Shown here piece by piece: positions 1-8,456 of a stretch of 32,000 bases of DNA. A program made the position numbers and the translations under genes. Each line of letters begins with the position of its first letter. The stretch's first letter is position 1. Below the pieces are notes generated by a model. That model was not told the origin of the DNA and ran no database searches. It saw only the letters and a program-made list of their open reading frames with translations. Location: contig SHMX01000004.1 of the NCBI GenBank assembly GCA_008080745.1, positions 30,001 to 62,000 on the forward strand, given 5' to 3'. The stretch is from Candidatus Thorarchaeota archaeon. GTDB lineage: Archaea > Asgardarchaeota > Thorarchaeia > Thorarchaeales > Thorarchaeaceae.

Positions 1-1
1 T

Positions 2-430
2 GGCATTCTTCGATCTTTTCTCTGGGACACCTACTGGGCGAACAAGATGGGAGTATCAAGCACAGGAAATGCCTCTCGGAACATGCGCAGGGGTCTTGTT
101 GAAATCAGTCCAAGCACTATCTATATTGAACCAGGAAAAAGAAGCTTTGAGGATATCATCTCTGGAGTCGACTATGGGTACTATATTCGCGGAGTACAGG
201 GAGCTCATAGTTCAAATCCTGAGTCTGGCGATTTCAGTGTAGTGGGCAATCCTGCCATCCTAATTGAAAAGGGCGAGCTCAAGGGTACTGTACATGGTTT
301 GATGGTGAGTGGTAATATTTTCGATCTTCTCAACCAAATAATAGAGATTGCAAAAGATCCAATTCCACTCATAGGTTTGACAGCACCCCAGATTCTATTC
401 GGGGACGTATCTATCATATCTAAAGACTAA
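2..430 (+). CDS. TldD/PmbA (TldE) family protein, C-terminal part, 5'-truncated by window edge
   Basis: Frame is open from base 2 (GILRSFLWDTYWANKMGVSSTGNASR). Typical PmbA/TldD C-terminal motifs: STGNA, IEPG, GDFS, IEKGE, VSGNIFDLL, APQILF. Confidence 0.85.
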   Translation, partial: GILRSFLWDTYWANKMGVSSTGNASRNMRRGLVEISPSTIYIEPGKRSFEDIISGVDYGYYIRGVQGAHSSNPESGDFSVVGNPAILIEKGELKGTVHGLMVSGNIFDLLNQIIEIAKDPIPLIGLTAPQILFGDVSIISKD

Positions 431-437
431 GGTTTAT

Positions 438-464
438 GGCGGCTGCAAGCCGCCCCACTTTTTT
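438..464 (+). terminator. Hairpin plus T-tract after the TldD/PmbA gene
   Basis: GGCGGCT-GCA-AGCCGCC (7-bp stem, 438-454) followed by CCAC and T6, starting 7 nt after the stop. Confidence 0.55.
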
Positions 465-529
465 CTATTGGGAAAAGCATATCAGGTTCACTTTCAGAAA
501 CGAACTACATACTGTCTATTGGAGTTGAC

Positions 530-3500
530 TTGATGATTAAACAGATTTCAATCCTGATATTATTACTTCCAATGTTCCTAGTTCCCTCAATATCTATTTC
601 CACTACTATGGAGTTTGAGGCCGTGTCGAACACATCTAACAAAATCGAAATTGATTCGGCTCTCACTTGTGCACTATCTGCAAATGATTTCACACTTTCT
701 GAGGAGAAAAAACCAGTAGACGGTATCCTTCTATTCGAAGAGGAACTCACATCTAATCTGATTAGATTGATAGAATCTACAGGTATCCATTTCTCTCGTC
801 GTGGTTCTTCGATTATCCATGTTGGCAAAATCTATCTTGCGTCAATTCCCAGTATCGAGTGCTTGCATTCTCTCTCGAAATATGGTCTTGAATCTGCCAC
901 TCTTGGTGATAAGCAATTTTATCCATCCCTAATGTCCTCTGTTCCCACAACTAATGCTCCTGACGTTTGGAAACTAAAAGATGGAATAGGACAAAAAATC
1001 GATGGAACTGGATCTACTGTTGCAATCATCGACACAGGTATTTATTGGACTCATCCCACATTTTGGAGACCTACAACAGGAAATGTCACTGTAATTAGCT
1101 ACAATAGTGAGTATTATGCAGATCTAAATAATAATGCAGTAGCTGACGCAAATGAGGGTCCTATCTCTCTTGCGAACGAGGGTTCATCTAACATAGATGC
1201 TGATGAGCACTACCTTTTCATCGATATCAATGATGATGGTGGTTTTAATTACGATGATGGTGACCGCTGGTTGGGGGGTTTCGATAGTAATGATGATGGA
1301 ATAATTTCTCTTCCCTCAGAACCTGTGGTTTTACTTGGTGAATGTAAAGTAAAGCATCTTTATGATCAGTACAGTGGAAATGTGTACACTCGCGGTGTCA
1401 ATCTCACTGATCAAGCTCCTGTGGGTATGGACTCTCATGGTCACGGCACTCATGTTGCATCTATTGTTGCTGGTGGTCAACAAAATCTAACTTCAATGTT
1501 AGGAGCTGCACCCAATGCAGATCTTATCATCGTTCGAAGTCCCTTAGATTCAGCATCTATCATTGATGGCATATTCTTTGCTATGACAACCGAGGCTGAT
1601 GTGATTAACATGTCCTTCTCAAGCTATCTAGGTTTCCTTGATGGCACTGATCTGGAAGATATAGCTATTGCAGAGGCATTTCGAAAAAGTGGCATCATTT
1701 CTACACTTGCAGCAGGTAATCTTGGTGGACGTTCAAAGCATGCCCATATGGAGATTGGACCTGATAGTCTAGGAAGTGCGGGTATATCAGTATCTAATCC
1801 TGGTCAGTATTCATTTCTCAACGTGTTATGGAAGAGTACAGATAGAGATGAGCATGTAGTTCTTGTTTCACCACAAGACACACAGGTTGACCTAGGTGAA
1901 TTCTCTCAGATAGCGGGAAATGCATACGTGCTTGATAACGAATATATCCAAGCGTACGTCTTTGCGGATGTCAGCATTCGTGGAACAAATCGTATTATCA
2001 TTCAAATTGCCACAAATGCTCATCAATGGGATACAGGCAGTTGGAGACTGGAAGTAACAAACCCTGAGGGTGACGTAATCAGTGTAGATGCATATGCATG
2101 GGACAATAACTGGGGTGGCACAAAGCTTAGATTTACATCCTCTGTTGAAAACATCAGAACCCTCAGCTCACCTGGTACATCAGACCTTGGAATCTGTGTG
2201 ACCTCCTATGATGAAGGTTCTGAACAGATCAGCTACTCATCTAGTAAAGGCCCTCGAATTGATAACATGCCAATATCTGTTATTGCTGCTCCTGGTTCAA
2301 GCATTTCAGCAGCATTGAATGGAATAAGTACCCTCTGGACCCAACGGTCTGGAACAAGTATGGCTTCTCCACATGTAGCTGGTGTAATTGCTCTTATTAA
2401 ACAATCAACAGGAAATAATGATGGATGGTTAGATCGAACTAGTCTAACGAATGGTGCTGGTGGCTATGCTGAGCATTTTGACACCCCACATAATTCTTGG
2501 GGATATGGGCTAGTTGATGCCCTCTGGTCTGTTCGTCATGTGCGAACCTTTGATCTCACAAATGATACGACTCTTGAGGATTTGACTGGCTTCAATCCTA
2601 TAATCACTGATCCAATTGATAGTTGGATAAGCGAAAGCTTAGACATCCGAGAAGTGCGATTGATATCTGGTTTGGAATCAACAATTTTTGCTACTACTTT
2701 CGAATCTACACCAGACTTCTCTGCGGATAATGTGCTTTCTATAGAATTGGATGTCGATTCAAATGCCGGGACTGGTCAGAATGGGGTAGATTATGTGTAT
2801 AATGTTACTGAAGGTATTCTCTCAGGATATGAATGGTCGGGGTCGAACTTTGTCTTAGCATACTCTATTGATTATATGATAAATGACAGTCTTACAATCT
2901 TTAGTCAAGTAATGCACCCCTCAGGATTGTCTGAGGGTCGCTTCCGATTAGTAACTAGTAATTCTACACATACGCTTGACATTCTATCCTTTACGGATAT
3001 GATTGACCAATGGAGGCCACTCGTAGAATCATTTGCAATTGACGTAAGTGATGATGTATTTGATATTGAAATCGAAATATCAGATAAGGATTCACAGTTT
3101 CAGTCGTTTGGCATAGACTGGCAGATTTACGATGGTTTCCTCAGTGTTCTTGATTCGGGGTCATCATCAGGTTCTGGAAATTATTCCTTTTCCGTAAATC
3201 CCGATGATTTGACATCTGAAACCCCCGCAATCTCAATAATACTGGGTATCACTGGTGGTTCAACTGTTTATGATCTGTCTCCTGTTGTTCTATCTGATGG
3301 TTTTAGTGTTGATTTTCAGTTCGTTTCAGTTGAAATCACAAAGACCGAGTTTAGGAGCGGATTTCTAATAGAAGACTTTATCCAAGGTGAATTCATAATT
3401 GATGGCCATCTACTGGTCGATGATGTACTTGTCTCTTTCAAGCATTCATCTGGCTATTACTTGAATTTGACCTTGAACGGTGATGATGGAGTCTATATAG

Positions 3501-3712
3501 TAAACATCCCCACTAATTCAATATCTGTTGGCGCGTATTCCGTTTACGCAGTGGCTGAAAACATCATGGGTATTCACGTTGAACGGTTTGTGACAAATAT
3601 CACCATAACTCAAGATAACACAATGCTCTTTTTGATTAGTGGTGTAATTGTAGGAGTACTTGTAGTAATTGTTACACTTCGACAGTTATTGTTGAAAAGA
3701 GAGGTGACTTGA
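530..3712 (+). CDS. Membrane-anchored S8 subtilisin-like serine protease, CspA-like subfamily
   Basis: Signal peptide; triad D168 (VAIIDTG), H305 (HGHGTHVA), S610 (SGTSMASPHVAG); oxyanion N397 (AAGN); CspA-type insert between N and S; C-terminal TM then KREVT. SD-like GGAG at 521. Start is TTG 530 or ATG 533. Confidence 0.9.
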   Translation: MMIKQISILILLLPMFLVPSISISTTMEFEAVSNTSNKIEIDSALTCALSANDFTLSEEKKPVDGILLFEEELTSNLIRLIESTGIHFSRRGSSIIHVGKIYLASIPSIECLHSLSKYGLESATLGDKQFYPSLMSSVPTTNAPDVWKLKDGIGQKIDGTGSTVAIIDTGIYWTHPTFWRPTTGNVTVISYNSEYYADLNNNAVADANEGPISLANEGSSNIDADEHYLFIDINDDGGFNYDDGDRWLGGFDSNDDGIISLPSEPVVLLGECKVKHLYDQYSGNVYTRGVNLTDQAPVGMDSHGHGTHVASIVAGGQQNLTSMLGAAPNADLIIVRSPLDSASIIDGIFFAMTTEADVINMSFSSYLGFLDGTDLEDIAIAEAFRKSGIISTLAAGNLGGRSKHAHMEIGPDSLGSAGISVSNPGQYSFLNVLWKSTDRDEHVVLVSPQDTQVDLGEFSQIAGNAYVLDNEYIQAYVFADVSIRGTNRIIIQIATNAHQWDTGSWRLEVTNPEGDVISVDAYAWDNNWGGTKLRFTSSVENIRTLSSPGTSDLGICVTSYDEGSEQISYSSSKGPRIDNMPISVIAAPGSSISAALNGISTLWTQRSGTSMASPHVAGVIALIKQSTGNNDGWLDRTSLTNGAGGYAEHFDTPHNSWGYGLVDALWSVRHVRTFDLTNDTTLEDLTGFNPIITDPIDSWISESLDIREVRLISGLESTIFATTFESTPDFSADNVLSIELDVDSNAGTGQNGVDYVYNVTEGILSGYEWSGSNFVLAYSIDYMINDSLTIFSQVMHPSGLSEGRFRLVTSNSTHTLDILSFTDMIDQWRPLVESFAIDVSDDVFDIEIEISDKDSQFQSFGIDWQIYDGFLSVLDSGSSSGSGNYSFSVNPDDLTSETPAISIILGITGGSTVYDLSPVVLSDGFSVDFQFVSVEITKTEFRSGFLIEDFIQGEFIIDGHLLVDDVLVSFKHSSGYYLNLTLNGDDGVYIVNIPTNSISVGAYSVYAVAENIMGIHVERFVTNITITQDNTMLFLISGVIVGVLVVIVTLRQLLLKREVT

Positions 3713-3714
3713 AC

Positions 3715-4998
3715 ATGAGAGTCGTTCTAATTGGATATGGCCCAAGCTCTGTTGCTGCCGCAATCGCTCTAAGAGCTTTTGATTCCGATGCTTACACTAC
3801 CATACTTACAAGAGAAGATCGTCCTGCGCATAGAAGACCCGGTGTAGCTCTGGCATTGGGTTCACCTGAAACCAATGAACTTGATATAGCTGATGCTTCA
3901 TTCGAATCTCTAGAGGAAAAAGGGATTCAAATAATCACAAAAGCAACTGTCATATCTGGAGACCCCAAATCCAATACTCTGACATATCTAGACTCCTCAG
4001 GCCAGAAGTCTGAAATAGAGTATGACTATCTTGTAATTGGAACTGGTGGTACTCCCACAATACCAATGATTCCTGGGAACGATTTGAAGGGAGTTCATAC
4101 CATTCAGACAATTGAAGATACCATCACCGTAGGGAAAGAGCTAGAAGACATTACTGATGTTGTTATTATTGGTGCTGGATTTAGCGGATTAGAAATGGCT
4201 GAGAAATTCCATAAGCTTGGTAAACATACACATATGGTAGTTCGATCAAGATTGATGCGTCGGCAATTGGAAGAGTCGATGAGTAATGAGCTATTACATC
4301 GCATTCCAAGAGGCTTACATGTTCATTGTGGGGTTTCACCTAAAGCTATACTTGGAGAAGATTGTGTTAAGGCAGTTCAAGTTGATGGTGACGAGATTCC
4401 CGCAGACTTGGTACTTTTTATGACTGGTGTCCGTCCAAATGTTACACTTGCAAAGAATCTTGGAGTAAAGATTGGTTCTCTTGGAGGTATCGTAGTGGAT
4501 GAACAAATGAGAACTTCAATCGATAACATCTTTGCTGTTGGTGATTGTATTGAAATGTTGGATAATCTCACCGGAAAACCGATTTTGATGCCAATCGGCA
4601 GTACAGCAGCACGATCTGGTAGACAGGCGGGGATTGCAATTGCAGGTTCTAAGAAAATTTATAGTGACGTTGCTTTGCGACTTCAATATGACCGGCTCTT
4701 CAATACTGATGTTGTCTGTGTTGGTCATTCCTCAGTAACTGCTGAAAATCTAGGTTTGAAGACAAATGTTCTTTTACATCAAGATTCTCATGAACACACT
4801 CATGTTGCCCTTGTGACAGATGGAGATGGGTATTTGATTGGAGGGCAGGTTATTTCATCCCGACTAGGTGCTCAGATTGGATACCAAATACTTGAACGTA
4901 TTCAAGAAAGAGCCAAACTGGACGAGAGCCCATTATTGGACTCCCGTCACAAACAGCTTCAAGAGCTTATGGATCACATCTTAGGTCCTATTCAATAG
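3715..4998 (+). CDS. FAD-dependent pyridine nucleotide-disulfide oxidoreductase (Nox/CoADR/rubredoxin-reductase-like), lacking the redox Cys
   Basis: N-terminal Rossmann VLIGYGPSS, LVIGTGG, NAD(P)H site IIGAGFSGLE, IFAVGDC. SD GAGGTGA at 3701-3707 favours ATG 3715 over TTG 3709. Confidence 0.85.
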   Translation: MRVVLIGYGPSSVAAAIALRAFDSDAYTTILTREDRPAHRRPGVALALGSPETNELDIADASFESLEEKGIQIITKATVISGDPKSNTLTYLDSSGQKSEIEYDYLVIGTGGTPTIPMIPGNDLKGVHTIQTIEDTITVGKELEDITDVVIIGAGFSGLEMAEKFHKLGKHTHMVVRSRLMRRQLEESMSNELLHRIPRGLHVHCGVSPKAILGEDCVKAVQVDGDEIPADLVLFMTGVRPNVTLAKNLGVKIGSLGGIVVDEQMRTSIDNIFAVGDCIEMLDNLTGKPILMPIGSTAARSGRQAGIAIAGSKKIYSDVALRLQYDRLFNTDVVCVGHSSVTAENLGLKTNVLLHQDSHEHTHVALVTDGDGYLIGGQVISSRLGAQIGYQILERIQERAKLDESPLLDSRHKQLQELMDHILGPIQ

Positions 4999-7873
4999 AT
5001 GGGGGTTGGTGGTCATCCTCCCAAAGAGGTGTCCACTCTTCCTCATCTTTCTTTGAGCTTTTTGATTTTCTCATATATCTCTTTATACCGATGTATGCGA
5101 GACCAATTCCAACGACACCTAGAAGGCTATAGATTACTGTCATAACAATTGCATCATCTATGGGTCTTACAGGTATTAGGAGATTCTTAGAGATTGTTCG
5201 AGTGTTCCCTTCGCTATCTGTTGCAACTACAGTAACATGGTAAAAACCAGCACTTTCCATTGTAAACGAGTACGTGTATACATATCCAAGCCTAGTTTCT
5301 GCATTGCCAACAACCTCATTTCCATCAGCATCGACTAAAGTGATACTCACATCCTGTAAATCCTCGTCAAACACGTATGCGGTAATGTTGGCAACTTCTC
5401 CAACTCTTGATGATTCAAGCACCAAATCGTAAACTCGAGGTCTCTCTGGTATGATTTCTTGTGCTAGATTTCTAAGCAATCGAAGATTGTCTGCATCTCC
5501 CTCAAGTGCGTCATAGATTGTATTGTCATAAAGAGTGGATCCATCAGATATGACAATTACTTTTCCTTTTCCTGATTCAGCTACTGCGACGATTGCCTCT
5601 GTTCTATCGGAATCCACCCAGAACAATCCCTGGGCACCAGCAATAGATGAATCTACTGATAAAGTGCCACCTGTTATTATGTATAGATTTTCTACACCCT
5701 GTACTAGAGGATGGTTCTCAACAGCTCCCCCATAGTCTAAACCATAGTAAAGACCTGTGAAATCATCCGGCCCTTCGCCAATTCCATTTCTATCTACAGT
5801 GATACCATACGGTTCAAGGATAGCGTTATACGAATTAATTGCAAAACTTGCTGTTTGTTCTACCTCATTATAGTACTCGGAGAGGACTATCAATGTCCCC
5901 CCAGCATTCACGAATTCATGTAGAGCTTCTATCTCTGATTCTGCATAGACATTTTCCGTATCCATAATCATGAAAATATCCGCTGTTGACAGACCGCTAG
6001 TATCTATCTCCTTTGGAACAAAATCAGATGGACTTCCGAATTCGTCCATCACAATCCCTTTCTGTTTCAAGTACTCATCAAAATATCTGTAAGACTCGGG
6101 TGAATCTGGATCCTCCGGGGAGTGATGCGACATATCTACCAATAATTTTCCACCAAAAGTTGTAACTTGTAATTCCAATTCCATAGTTGCTATGACTATA
6201 TCTGATGAAGTTACAATCTGTAGCTCTCCAAAGTAATTCCCAATATCTGATAGAGGTAATTCCTCAGGCACTTCTGTAGTAACCTCGAAATAGGAATAAC
6301 CTTCAATGATTGACAAGGTAGAAGGTCTGAAATTTATGAATCTGCTAGCATTACCCTCAATCAAAATATCGTGCTCTCCTAGAGTCTGAGTTGACAAAAT
6401 GGTGGCATTCATTGTCTGTCTCTCATCTCCCATGATGAGTACCTGTGAGCTGCCAGGGAGAGTTGGATATTTGTTTGGACTGATAATAGTAATCTCATTC
6501 GATTTTTCATCCAATAATTCAGCAGATTTACTGACATTAGCAAGACCCCATCCCTGTGCCATAGGATCAAGCCCTAAGTCTGTACAGCCTGCCATTAGGA
6601 ATGTCTTTACTTGAATAGGATCCAAGTCTGAAGATTTATCCAGAAGAAGTGCTGCCAAACCAGCCACAAGTGGAGCTGAAGCAGATGTTCCTGACCATAA
6701 TGTGTAATCATTTCCATATTGCGATACATTGTAAGCTGGGAACTCCCAGGTAGCCTGAGATGCTCTGGCAGAAAGAAGTTGGTATCCTGGAGCTAGGAGG
6801 TCTGGTTTTGGATAGTTACCTACTGGATCGGTCTGTGTTCGCTGAACGGGACCTCTACTACTGAAATCTACAATTCCAGTGTCTCTTACCGAGGCTCCAA
6901 CTGTAATCGCCTCCTCTGTTATCCCTGGAGAATTAATTGTAGAAGTAGCTGGACCGCTATTTCCTGCTGATATTACGGCATTTATTCCCTGAGCGACTGC
7001 TTCTTTAGTAGCCTGATACGATGGTTCTTGGAATAGACCCGTATCAATCCAATCGCCTCCTAGACTTAACACAATGATATCCGCACCATTCTGCACAGCA
7101 TATTCTATACCCTCAGCTATTACTGAATCGTCTCCTGCACCGTCTGCATCTAAAACTTTCACAATCATTAGGTCCGCACCTGGTGCCATTCCTGTATATT
7201 CACCACCTGACACCTGACCAGTACCTGCAACTAACCAACTGACTGCTGTTCCATGTCCATTATCATCATATGCCTCAGACTCTTCATTTACAAGGTCATG
7301 AAAGTGAGCTACTTTCCCAATCAAATCCGGATGTTCTGTGTCACAGCCAGAATCAAGCACTGCAACTGTTACCCCCGTTCCGTTGTAACCTTGATTCCAT
7401 AAGTCTTGAACATGCAACAGTCCATCGGGGTGCACATATTCGTTAGTACTCGCAAGAGAGAATGTTTTTTCTTCTGGAATAATATCTTCTATTCTGTGTT
7501 CTTTATCATACATTATTGAAACAACATCAGGAATCTTGCTGAGTTTTATGATGGCATCACGATCAGCATACAACGAGGTTACTGGAATAATATCAAAGGT
7601 ATGTCGAATCTCAACGTGAGGTGTATTCGTTTCAACTATCTTTTTCATCAAGTATGGTGAGATCCCCTCTTGAAAACGAATGTTTATGGGAAACTGAACA
7701 TCCTCAGAGGTCCAGCTAATCTCATTGAGAAGGAATTGATCAATCACAGGATTACTATCAGTTGCTTCTGTTGCATAATCCATGACGATAATTGATGTTG
7801 GGATAATTAGTATTGCAACGATTACCATTGCAAACATGCGAGTTCTAAAGACATTATTGTAGCGTGTCATCAC
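4988..7873 (-). CDS. Membrane-anchored S8 protease with Ig-like and GIFT/GldG-like domains (Site-1 protease-like architecture)
   Basis: N-terminal hydrophobic signal; I9-like prodomain; D174 (VAVLDSG), H207 (NGHGT), N305 (SAGNSG), S397 (SGTSASAP); GIFT-like block about aa 576-806; Ig-like domain; TM 908-930; short charged tail. Confidence 0.9.
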   Translation of the reverse strand: [961 protein letters not shown]

Positions 7874-7920
7874 TAGCAGCCCTTTCTCCGATTTCGTCTT
7901 GACTTCAATTAAGCATTGTC

Positions 7921-7959
7921 TTATCTGCCGACCGAGATAAATTATAGCTCGGTTTTTTT
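7921..7959. promoter_or_regulatory. Overlapping inverted repeats around a TATA-like box in the divergent intergenic region
   Basis: TTATCT-N8-AGATAA (7921-7940) overlaps ACCGAG-N11-CTCGGT (7931-7953). The second brackets ATAAATTATA and runs into T7. Confidence 0.4.
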
Positions 7960-8038
7960 GAGAAATGGAGAAATATGATTTTTTGTTGATATTATGTTAG
8001 TTGCATAGATTACTCTTGCAATGAAGGTGTGAAAGACT

Positions 8039-8332
8039 ATGGGTACAAAACCACCACTCTATGAAAGACGACTTCAGATTAAGCACTTCTTCGATGACCG
8101 AGATACAGGTCAGACAAGACGTACTTGGCTTGAGATTCAACTACAACCGCCTGAAACCACATCAGAAGGATGGGTCAATGATGGTAAAATACGAATCTCA
8201 CTCGGTGAAGGCAGAGATATCAAAGGAGCATTTCTTCTCTCAGTTGAAGAGGCATTGCGTTTAGCAAAGGGTTTGGAAATGGCTGCAGAGGATCACGAGG
8301 CGGTTAAGGCTGAACTCTGGCGGGAAAGATAA
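8039..8332 (+). CDS. Small hypothetical protein (97 aa), predicted beta4-alpha PC4/PUR/Whirly-like fold
   Basis: SD-like AAGGTGTGA upstream; followed by a hairpin/T-tract; four alternating-hydrophobic strands then an amphipathic helix, judged by eye. Confidence 0.75.
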   Translation: MGTKPPLYERRLQIKHFFDDRDTGQTRRTWLEIQLQPPETTSEGWVNDGKIRISLGEGRDIKGAFLLSVEEALRLAKGLEMAAEDHEAVKAELWRER

Positions 8333-8370
8333 GGAGGATTGTCTAATGGGTAAATCTCCTTCTTTTTCTT
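8331..8370 (+). terminator. Imperfect hairpin plus pyrimidine/T tract
   Basis: AAGGAG(G)ATT ... AATCTCCTT followed by CTTTTTCTT immediately after the stop at 8332. Confidence 0.4.
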
Positions 8371-8456
8371 CTATTTGATATACTCATTATAACTCGGCAT
8401 AACAGATTTATTGTATGGCTTACACGTATAGAGTTGACAGAAAAGGAGGAATCCTC

